64,000 nt of DNA from Cenarchaeum sp. (lineage in GTDB: Archaea > Thermoproteota > Nitrososphaeria > Nitrososphaerales > Nitrosopumilaceae). The position numbers and the translations under genes were made by a program. The notes below the pieces were generated by a model. The model was not told the DNA's origin. It did not search any database and was given only the letters and a program-made list of their open reading frames with translations. Numbering within the stretch: the first letter of the stretch is position 1; every line of letters starts with the position of its first letter. The stretch covers positions 1,312,001-1,376,000 of the forward strand of contig OZ243037.1 of the NCBI GenBank assembly GCA_965212015.1. The letters run 5' to 3'. This document shows, in pieces, positions 50,405 to 58,280 of this stretch.

Positions 50405-51052
50405 TTAATCCTTACCTATTCCTACCAGCTGCGTAATTGAGATCGACTTGCCGATCCTTTCCCTTACGAAACACCGCTGATAGTACTGGCACCCGGAGCA
50501 GTCCTCAGAGGGCTCCAGTATCGGAACCTTTTGCTCCTCTAGCAGGTTGGTCAGGACCCTGATCCTCCTGATGACCTCCTCGAACATCTTTTTGTTCTTT
50601 GAGAGTGAAAACGAGGACTCTTTTTTGTCGCCCGTAATGTAAATGACGACGCCGTCCATCTTGTCAAAGATCCACAGGCACGCATTGAGGAACAGCAAGT
50701 CGCCTGCCTTTGGGTTTGCCGGCGGCTCGGAGGCCGATCTGTAAAGTATTACTGCGTCATCCACTATCATGTCTGCCTGGCCCGTCAGTTTTATCCCGTC
50801 GACGTCAAACGTCCCCGGCTTTGCGCCGTGCCCGAGCTTGTGCAGCAGTCCGGACAGCAGATCGTTGAATCCCTCCCTCCTTGCATCCATGGGATCCGTC
50901 CTGTCAAAATAGGCCCGCCTCAGGCACCTTGTGACCTCGTGAAGGTGGATGGTCTTTATGTCCTTGGCGTCGACCTTGACGTCAAGCTCCCTTCCGATGG
51001 AGTCAATTGAGTTTTTTATGAGACTGCGATAGTCCCTGTCCCCCATGGTCAT
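50405..51052 (-). CDS. Solo Cas4-like PD-(D/E)XK-fold protein with 4 Cys
   Basis: C.RR.YF, G.AD, C..C.Y...C; no CRISPR array in the window. Confidence 0.8.
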   Translation of the reverse strand: MTMGDRDYRSLIKNSIDSIGRELDVKVDAKDIKTIHLHEVTRCLRRAYFDRTDPMDARREGFNDLLSGLLHKLGHGAKPGTFDVDGIKLTGQADMIVDDAVILYRSASEPPANPKAGDLLFLNACLWIFDKMDGVVIYITGDKKESSFSLSKNKKMFEEVIRRIRVLTNLLEEQKVPILEPSEDCSGCQYYQRCFVRERIGKSISITQLVGIGKD

Positions 51053-51273
51053 GGCGCATCACTCCGCACCGCACCGGATGCCAGCCGCCTTGAGATCCTG
51101 GGCGAAAAGGCAAGCATTGCAAAATGCACCGCAAAGCCGACTATGGCGCCGGCAACAATGTTGCCCGTCCCGAAATATATCCCGATAAAGACGCCGAGTG
51201 ACGGCAGGGCGAGAATCATGGCCATCACGGTGCTCTTCCAGAGGACGGCAGTTGCCGTCACGCCGGCGCTCAA
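51049..51273 (-). CDS. Small membrane protein
   Basis: Hydrophobic 74-aa ORF coupled to atpC and the Cas4-like gene. Confidence 0.7.
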   Translation of the reverse strand: MSAGVTATAVLWKSTVMAMILALPSLGVFIGIYFGTGNIVAGAIVGFAVHFAMLAFSPRISRRLASGAVRSDAP

Positions 51274-52313
51274 CTCTTCTCCAGGATGAGCTTTTCCATC
51301 GTAGTCTGCGGCGCGATCTTTTGCTCCACTGCAAACGCAATGGATGAGAGATTCCTGACCTCGTAAGACGTCATAATCGTAATGCCCACACTGGTGGCGG
51401 AGCTAAACATCCGGGTAAAGGTGTTTCTGGCCCTGCTGTAAATCTCCATCTCAAATGATCTTTCAAACTCTGAAATTGCGTCCATCTCGTTTTCGGTCTG
51501 CGGGACTAGCCCGCCGTAGGGCGTGCCGGACAGCTCGTTGAGGGCGTCCCTGACGGTTCCGGCCGCCATCATGCGGCCGAGCAGATCCATCGGCGCGCTT
51601 GCAGTCTGTGAAACCAAGAGATCCTGGATCTGCGCCTCATCCAGGCCCCAGAACTTGCCGCGTATGACGCTCATCAGGTTGTAAAAGTCGATATTCATCC
51701 CGACTGGCTTTGCCATGTCCTTTTCGCCCGAGATTCTCAGGCCGGAGCTTAGCTGCCGTATCCAGATCTTGTCAAAATACGTGTCAAAGACCTGTATGTT
51801 TTTCTTGTCGTTGTATATGGCAACTGCCTTTGCAATGTCGTCGCCATAAACCGTCGAGCCCAAGCTGGATACCGTCTCTTCCAGATCCTTTGCAACAAGT
51901 GCCTTGAGAACAACATCCCTCTGCTTGATTAGCTCCTCGGCGCGCAAGTTGAGAAGCGGTTCTATCTCTTCCTGGGTCTTGCCGAGCACCTTGCCTTTTA
52001 GAATCAGCTTTAGGTTCCAGATGAGAAATTTCAGGTAATAGGCGTCTAGCACCTTTGAGCCGCCGGCGGCCTTTACTATAGAGTGGTGTATCTCTGCCAG
52101 GTGCTCCCTGAGAACCGACTCGATTTTTTTGGCCGTATAGGGTTTTGTGACCCTTGATACCACGTCTGCATATCCGGTGTTCTTCATCCTTGTGACTAGC
52201 TCATCCAAGTCCCTCGACTCTGCAAACGTCTGAAATTCGGCCCTTGCCAGCAGGCGCCCGCGCTTGCTGTATGACTTTACGGATGCAAAGACCTTTTGAG
52301 AACCGGAACCCAT
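51270..52313 (-). CDS. atpC: A/V-type ATP synthase subunit C
   Basis: vATP-synt_AC39 pattern (NLK.ILKGK, ID..N....RG, EV.NL..I). Confidence 0.9.
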   Translation of the reverse strand: MGSGSQKVFASVKSYSKRGRLLARAEFQTFAESRDLDELVTRMKNTGYADVVSRVTKPYTAKKIESVLREHLAEIHHSIVKAAGGSKVLDAYYLKFLIWNLKLILKGKVLGKTQEEIEPLLNLRAEELIKQRDVVLKALVAKDLEETVSSLGSTVYGDDIAKAVAIYNDKKNIQVFDTYFDKIWIRQLSSGLRISGEKDMAKPVGMNIDFYNLMSVIRGKFWGLDEAQIQDLLVSQTASAPMDLLGRMMAAGTVRDALNELSGTPYGGLVPQTENEMDAISEFERSFEMEIYSRARNTFTRMFSSATSVGITIMTSYEVRNLSSIAFAVEQKIAPQTTMEKLILEKS

Positions 52314-52376
52314 TTTATAGGATCTGTGAAAATAACCGATTTTAATGTTGACTTTTGAATCGGCGCCGCGCCGGAT

Positions 52377-53093
52377 CTACCCGGTCATCTCGTCTAGAAA
52401 CGACATCATTGCTGCCCTGTCGTCTTTTGACGAGCCGGCAAAGCCCTCCACAAACTCCCTTATGATCAGCACCGACTCGTCAGAGACGTGTCTGAAATTC
52501 GCAATGTCCAGCGGAAGCAGGTCCTCTATTGTGCCGTCGCAATAGGCCCTTGCGTGCTTTTCAAAGAGCGAGTATGTGAACCGCGGGGCAATTTTTGAGA
52601 ACTTGGATGTCACGTCATGCATGGATCTCTCCTCCGGATTCAGGGCGGCAAAAAACTTGTCGATAATGCCGCCCCTCTGGCCAATCTCGTCTAGCGACAG
52701 GCATACAAGCAGTCCCCTGGCAGTCAGCCTGTAATACGGGATGCCCATCTCCTGTAGGGCCTTGGGGCCCCTCTTTAGCGGCAGCCTGCCCTCCTCCTGC
52801 ACCAAATCCAGCGGAATCAGGACCTCGTCTAGATCCCTGAAAATGCCAGAATAGATATTCTTCCAGATTACGCTGTTTTTTGCGGCTATCCTCTGCGAGA
52901 TGGCAGTCCTGGTCCTGTCTGCCGGATTTGCCAGGGTGGCCAGCACCGTGAGTATTGATCTCTGGCGTATTGCCTCTCCGGTAAGCTCCCGGTTCTTTGT
53001 CTTGAATGTCTTGAAAATCGACAGTTTTGAGCCCTTTTTACCGCTCATATCCGCCTGATACCTGCCCCGTACATGATGGGTGTTTTCTGACAC
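52377..53093 (-). CDS. Hypothetical wHTH-like protein divergent from amt
   Basis: Basic N-terminus, RTAI...I, PYY.LT..G wing motif. Confidence 0.7.
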   Translation of the reverse strand: MSENTHHVRGRYQADMSGKKGSKLSIFKTFKTKNRELTGEAIRQRSILTVLATLANPADRTRTAISQRIAAKNSVIWKNIYSGIFRDLDEVLIPLDLVQEEGRLPLKRGPKALQEMGIPYYRLTARGLLVCLSLDEIGQRGGIIDKFFAALNPEERSMHDVTSKFSKIAPRFTYSLFEKHARAYCDGTIEDLLPLDIANFRHVSDESVLIIREFVEGFAGSSKDDRAAMMSFLDEMTG

Positions 53094-53200
53094 AATTTCA
53101 TCATTTTATGATACTATCACATAATACTGGAATATATTAATTTACATTTTTGAGGATTTAAACATCTCAATGCTTAAATAATTTTCAAAAACGACAAAAT

Positions 53201-54769
53201 TTGATGAATTCTAGAAACCACAAGTATGCTCTATTACTTGTGGCAGCGGTGGCCGTTACGGCAATCAGTGCAGTGTCAACAGCATATGCACAATCGATTG
53301 ACGACGGCATGGATGGATACGTCAAAGGAACTAGCGGAATCTATACCGGAAACCCCAACGAATGTTGGGTTGACAACGGAGATGGGACATTTACTGCATG
53401 TTACATAGACACGGGTGATACGTCATTCATGTTGGTAGCATCATCACTTGTCCTCTTTATGACTCCGGGTGTAGCATTCTTTTACGGTGGTCTTGCAAGA
53501 TCAAAGAACGCCGTAAACGTGATTGGAATGACCTTCATCATCATGGGCTTGATGGCATGGCAATGGGTTGCATGGGGATACTCCCTATCATTCGGACCCA
53601 TTGACAACGACGCCAACATGTTCATGGGCAGTCTTGACTACGTAGGCTTTAACCAAGTCTCCCACTATGCACCATTAGGTGCTCCAACAGCTTGTGACGG
53701 AGATACTTGGTCAAACGCGTACCAGATGCAACAGATGAAAGCAGAAGAGGCCTGTGGAGACTCTTGGCCTAGTACTGTCCCACATGCACTATTTGCAGCA
53801 TTCCAGGGAACTTTCGCAATTATTACACCGGCACTAATTGTTGGTGGACTAATTGACAGGATGAAGTTCAGCGCACTAGTAATCTTTGTTCTCCTCTGGG
53901 GTACATTCGTTTACGACCCAATTGCCCACTGGGTATGGGGTGGCGGATATATCGGAGGCGGAGCAATAGACCTTGATCCAGACTTGTCGCCAAGCTATGC
54001 ACTTGACTTTGCTGGCGGCACTGTAGTACACATTTCTTCGGGATTTTCTGCGCTGGCAGCAGCCTTGGTTCTTGGCCGAAGGCTGGGATATGGAAAGGTT
54101 CCAATGGAACCGCACAACGTACCAATGGTGGTACTTGGCGCATCCATACTCTGGTTTGGTTGGTTCGGATTCAATGCAGGAAGCGAAGTAATGGTGGACG
54201 GAATCACGGTAAGCGCCTGGGTAGTAACTAATACTGCAACAGGCGTGGCCGCTGTAACTTGGTTGTTAATGAGCTGGGCTCATACTGGCAAACCGAGTAT
54301 TGTTGGAGCTGCAACAGGAGCCGTTGCGGGTCTGGTAGCGATCACACCAGCATCTGGTTGGGTCGGACCAATGGCCTCGATAATCATCGGCATTGCAGCG
54401 GGAACAATCTGTTATGGATGTGTAGCATTCAAGAATGCACGCAAGTGGGACGACGCACTCGATGTATGGGGAGTACACGGGATGGGCGGCCTTACGGGCG
54501 CAATCTTGACTGGCACACTAGCTAGTCCCCACATTTGGGATACCGGCGACGGTATCGGTGCGTGGACCGGCACTCCGGAAGGATTTGAACAACAAGGTAT
54601 CAGCATCATTGGTGCGGCAATCTCTGTAGGATACGCCTTTGGCGTGACTATAGTGATTCTCAAAATCATGGATGCTGTATGGCCAGGCGGAATCAGGGTC
54701 ACTCCAAAGGAAGAGGAGATCGGACTCGATTTGGCACAACACGGCGAAAGAGCATACGTTAACGAATAG
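53201..54769 (+). CDS. amt: Ammonium transporter
   Basis: FMTPG.AFFYGG, FQ.TFA, DFAGG.VVH, WFGWFGFNAGS, DDALDV.GVHG. Confidence 0.98.
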   Translation: MMNSRNHKYALLLVAAVAVTAISAVSTAYAQSIDDGMDGYVKGTSGIYTGNPNECWVDNGDGTFTACYIDTGDTSFMLVASSLVLFMTPGVAFFYGGLARSKNAVNVIGMTFIIMGLMAWQWVAWGYSLSFGPIDNDANMFMGSLDYVGFNQVSHYAPLGAPTACDGDTWSNAYQMQQMKAEEACGDSWPSTVPHALFAAFQGTFAIITPALIVGGLIDRMKFSALVIFVLLWGTFVYDPIAHWVWGGGYIGGGAIDLDPDLSPSYALDFAGGTVVHISSGFSALAAALVLGRRLGYGKVPMEPHNVPMVVLGASILWFGWFGFNAGSEVMVDGITVSAWVVTNTATGVAAVTWLLMSWAHTGKPSIVGAATGAVAGLVAITPASGWVGPMASIIIGIAAGTICYGCVAFKNARKWDDALDVWGVHGMGGLTGAILTGTLASPHIWDTGDGIGAWTGTPEGFEQQGISIIGAAISVGYAFGVTIVILKIMDAVWPGGIRVTPKEEEIGLDLAQHGERAYVNE

Positions 54770-54797
54770 AAAAAATCCATTTTTTCTTTCTTTTTTT
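54770..54797 (+). terminator. T-rich archaeal terminator after amt
   Basis: Long T tracts immediately after the stop codon. Confidence 0.6.
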
Positions 54798-54895
54798 GAA
54801 TCTAGAGGTTTTTTTACCCGCACCGGTCTGCCGCGGGGCGGGAAAATCTTCTGCCATGAACCATCAATCCAAATTTACCATTCCCTTTACAATCC

Positions 54896-55135
54896 TTGAC
54901 ATTTGACAGAAAAAATCAATTTGTGATTAAAGTCATGTTCGAATTCGTCCAGAAAAAGAGCGAAAAAACCTCCTATATCGTGGGCGGGGACTGGTCCGAG
55001 CTGAAAAAAGCGTGGGACAAGTACGGCAAGGCCAGAGATGATCAGGACAGTGCCGGAATGGAGCGATATGCCATGAAAATAAACCGCCTGCAAGAAAGGA
55101 TGGGAATTGAAAAAACAGGCTTTTCTGCATCCTAG
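54896..55135 (+). CDS. Small hypothetical protein
   Basis: Charged helical ORF; start uncertain. Confidence 0.5.
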   Translation: MTFDRKNQFVIKVMFEFVQKKSEKTSYIVGGDWSELKKAWDKYGKARDDQDSAGMERYAMKINRLQERMGIEKTGFSAS

Positions 55136-55293
55136 GCGATTCGCATACATCGTAAAGGACATTTTTCTGCGCGTTCCGTGACCGGATTTTACCGCAATCA
55201 CCAGATTCTTGTTCTCAAACCTACTCTTATGATCCTGAATATTGCTAATGATTCTCTTATTGGGATTTTATACGATCTCTAATTAGCGATCAA

Positions 55294-55935
55294 ATGATTA
55301 AAATAGGATCATTTATGACTAGAACCGTGGTACACACGACATTTCGCTCAACTGCCGCATATCCACAACTGTACTATATGCTGGAGCGCGGGGACTTTAA
55401 GCAGCGCCCCATGGCGCGGGATCTTGATCTGCCGCATGGAGCCAGGGTCAGCGGATTTGTAAACTGGCTAGTCGATCTGAAATTCATCGAAAAGACAAGA
55501 AGCAGAAAACAGCGCTTAAACGTCTACAGGGTAGTCTCCCCGGTGGCCCTAGTCAAGTTTTATAGCACCTTTAGGAACATGGGGACGCACATGGTGTCCC
55601 GGGACTGGGGAACCGACAGAAACGAGGTCATTGAGCACTTTAAAAACGAGGGCGGGGTTTTCTGCCTGACAACTGCACTGGAGCATTACACGGAATACGT
55701 GCGCGATCCCGCAGTTAACGTCTATGTGGGCGATGATTTCTGGAACGAGATGCAAAAAAAAGAGACGTCCGGTACCATACGTGTCAACATGTATCCGTTT
55801 CAGCCGTTCAGGGACGACAATGTAGTTGAAAAAGACGGCCTGAAAATAACCACCAAGCTCAGAACGCTGATAGATCTGTATTGCAATGACAAGGCGTATG
55901 TCACAGAACCGCTGGTAAAACAACTATGGCCATAG
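55294..55935 (+). CDS. AbiEi-like antitoxin / wHTH regulator (type IV TA)
   Basis: N-terminal wHTH; C-terminal T.AL..Y, V.VYV, TT..RTLIDLY. Confidence 0.75.
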   Translation: MIKIGSFMTRTVVHTTFRSTAAYPQLYYMLERGDFKQRPMARDLDLPHGARVSGFVNWLVDLKFIEKTRSRKQRLNVYRVVSPVALVKFYSTFRNMGTHMVSRDWGTDRNEVIEHFKNEGGVFCLTTALEHYTEYVRDPAVNVYVGDDFWNEMQKKETSGTIRVNMYPFQPFRDDNVVEKDGLKITTKLRTLIDLYCNDKAYVTEPLVKQLWP

Positions 55936-56684
55936 AAGGTGACAGGTATGCGCCTGGGCTGACGAGCAAAAGCCAGACGGAGCTGCAAAAATTTGCAAAA
56001 TGGTACAACACCAATCAGGGCGGTAATTGGCCCACGGTGATAGGCGGATGGGCGGTGTGGTCCTATCATGAAGAAGGATTTGGCTCGCGCGACGTTGACC
56101 TGATTTTTCCGACAGACGAGTGGATTGAAAACATGATGATAGAGACGTATTTTCCCGGAAACAGATTTAAAAAATACAGGATTGGGGATCCGATCTTTGG
56201 CGAACTGCATTACGGCAAGCCGATTGATGGTAAAGACGACGTGGTGTTTTTTGATTTGGTTTCCGCGCAAACCCCGCGGGAGGATACGGTAAACATGGGC
56301 GTAACCGTGGACTGGAACTGGGTTTATGAGGATCAACGAGCGCGGTCAATCGGAAATGATGCCTCAATCAACGTTCCGTCATTGGAATTTTTAATCACGC
56401 TGAAAATCATAGGCTGCATATCCAGACGCAGGCAATTACAGCGTGCCGCCGACGAGTCATATTTCCAATCCAAAATCTGGAAGGACTGCTACGATATTGC
56501 AAATCTTGCCAGTCATCTGACGCCCAATGGCGAAAAACTGTTGTATCATTTCAACCGAACTGGCCTTAACAGGGAACTGTTTCAGGAATTTTTGGAAATT
56601 TATGACGGCAAAAAGAATGCACTGGAGGACGGTAAGGCAAAAATGGAATATCTGGAGAGGCTACTTGGCCTGTTCGGGCAATAA
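55926..56684 (+). CDS. AbiEii-like nucleotidyltransferase (putative toxin)
   Basis: IGGWAV..Y, SRDVDL, L...K, KD..DI..L; overlaps the upstream gene. Confidence 0.78.
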   Translation: MAIEGDRYAPGLTSKSQTELQKFAKWYNTNQGGNWPTVIGGWAVWSYHEEGFGSRDVDLIFPTDEWIENMMIETYFPGNRFKKYRIGDPIFGELHYGKPIDGKDDVVFFDLVSAQTPREDTVNMGVTVDWNWVYEDQRARSIGNDASINVPSLEFLITLKIIGCISRRRQLQRAADESYFQSKIWKDCYDIANLASHLTPNGEKLLYHFNRTGLNRELFQEFLEIYDGKKNALEDGKAKMEYLERLLGLFGQ

Positions 56685-56788
56685 GATGCCCATTCACCCA
56701 TTCCCGCGCGCCAGAATTGGCGGATCAATTTCCGCACAAGCGCGACCAGACCAAACAGTTTAACAAACGCCGCGTCCCCAAAAGAACA

Positions 56789-57565
56789 ATGTTCATGCAG
56801 ACCAGCGAGCTGGGAAAAATCCTGGACGATCCGGGCCTGATCATAATAGACTCGCGCTCCTTTGGGCAGTACTCCGGCGGGCACATTCCGGGCGCCATAC
56901 ACCTGGATCTTTTTGCGTTCCACTGGATAGACACCACCGACGGGGGAATAGAGGCGTTCAACGCCCAGGCCCGCCAGCTCTTTTCGTTCTGCGGCGTAAC
57001 AGAAAAGAGCAAGGTGGTCTTTTACGACGACCAGTCCGGCATGCTGGCATCCCGAGGAGTCTGGCTCTTGAATTATTTCTCCCATCCGGATGCGCATCTT
57101 TTGGACGGGGGCTATGGCAAGTGGAAAAAAGAGGCCATGCCGACAGAGACAAGTACAAACAGCCCCCGCCCGGCGGAATTCTCCGGAAGGGCCGACCCGG
57201 AAATGATTGCAGGATTCGAGTTTATCCGGGACAACCTTGCGGATCTGAAGATTTTGGATGCCCGCTCGCCTGAAGAGTATGACGGGCGTATCGTCAGGGC
57301 TGCAAAATCAGGACACATACCGCGCGCGGTAAACATTGACTGGAACCTCAACCTGGCAGAGGACGGCACCATTGCGGATTCTGCACGGCTGGAAAAACTG
57401 TACCAGTTTCCCAAGGATGCCAAAATAGTGACCTATTGCCAGGGCGCATACAGGGCCGCCAACACTTTTCTGTCACTCAAAAAAATCGGTTTTAAGGACG
57501 TCCGCGTGTACCTTGGCTCCTGGGGCGAGTGGGGAAACAAGCCGGAGCTTGCCGCAGAAACCTGA
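56789..57565 (+). CDS. Tandem rhodanese sulfurtransferase
   Basis: GHIPGA, LDGG...W, YCQG.YRA, Y.GSW.EW. Confidence 0.95.
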   Translation: MFMQTSELGKILDDPGLIIIDSRSFGQYSGGHIPGAIHLDLFAFHWIDTTDGGIEAFNAQARQLFSFCGVTEKSKVVFYDDQSGMLASRGVWLLNYFSHPDAHLLDGGYGKWKKEAMPTETSTNSPRPAEFSGRADPEMIAGFEFIRDNLADLKILDARSPEEYDGRIVRAAKSGHIPRAVNIDWNLNLAEDGTIADSARLEKLYQFPKDAKIVTYCQGAYRAANTFLSLKKIGFKDVRVYLGSWGEWGNKPELAAET

Positions 57566-57690
57566 GCGCATAAAATGCAAAGTTCTACATGAAAAAACAC
57601 GGAAACGTCTACAGGGATTATGCAGTTTTGGGAGTGAATCAAAAACACAACATTGTGTTATTTTTTATAGGAGTCATTATAACTCGAGAC

Positions 57691-58159
57691 ATGGCATTAA
57701 GAGGGATTGCCCCGTTGGATGATCATCAATGAGGATTATCTGAAATATTATCAATACGATGCCCTGTATGATGCGCAAGAAAACCTTGCACATACATATC
57801 TGTTAAAGCTTGATGAAAAAGTATTGGGATATGTCTCTGTTGCATTGGCACACATTCGCAAGGAAAACAGAGATAAAATGATGAAAAAAGGCACTGATGG
57901 AAACATATCCGCATTGTTAATCAGTCATTTGGCAACGGACAGCAGGTTTCTAAGACAAGGGGTTGGAACCACACTTATCGATGTGGCATTAGACATGGCA
58001 AAATCCATATCTCGATATATCGGATGCCGATATTTGGCACTTCATCCGGAAGATGATGACGGAGTTAAACAATTTTATGCAAAATACGGATTTGAGTATA
58101 TTGAAAAAACTGTCGAAGATAAAGAAAAAGATCTTTTTATCTTGGACATAACCACGTGA
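57691..58159 (+). pseudogene. GNAT acetyltransferase (TacT/AtaT-like), 5' end apparently frameshifted
   Basis: ALLI..LATD..F.RQGVGT.L, GCR, FY.KYGF; ATG 57691 frame stops after 13 codons while the GNAT body is in another frame (57707-58159); AT-rich. Confidence 0.6.
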
Positions 58160-58172
58160 TCACGCCCGTGAC

Positions 58173-58256
58173 TCAGCTAATTACGGTTATGCCGAATATC
58201 GCAAATCCCAGCATGATTAGTGCGGGAACCAGCGTGATTGCGGCCTCTTTTGACAT
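58173..58256 (-). CDS. 27-aa hydrophobic micro-protein after atpI
   Basis: MSKEAAITLVPALIMLGFAIFGITVIS; starts 24 nt after the atpI stop, GGGGG upstream. Confidence 0.55.
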   Translation of the reverse strand: MSKEAAITLVPALIMLGFAIFGITVIS

Positions 58257-58280
58257 GCGTCATTTCCCCCATGCCATCTA

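Noticed and set aside
50405-51052. CRISPR-Cas locus
   Set aside because: Only a solo Cas4-like gene; no repeat-spacer array or other cas genes seen
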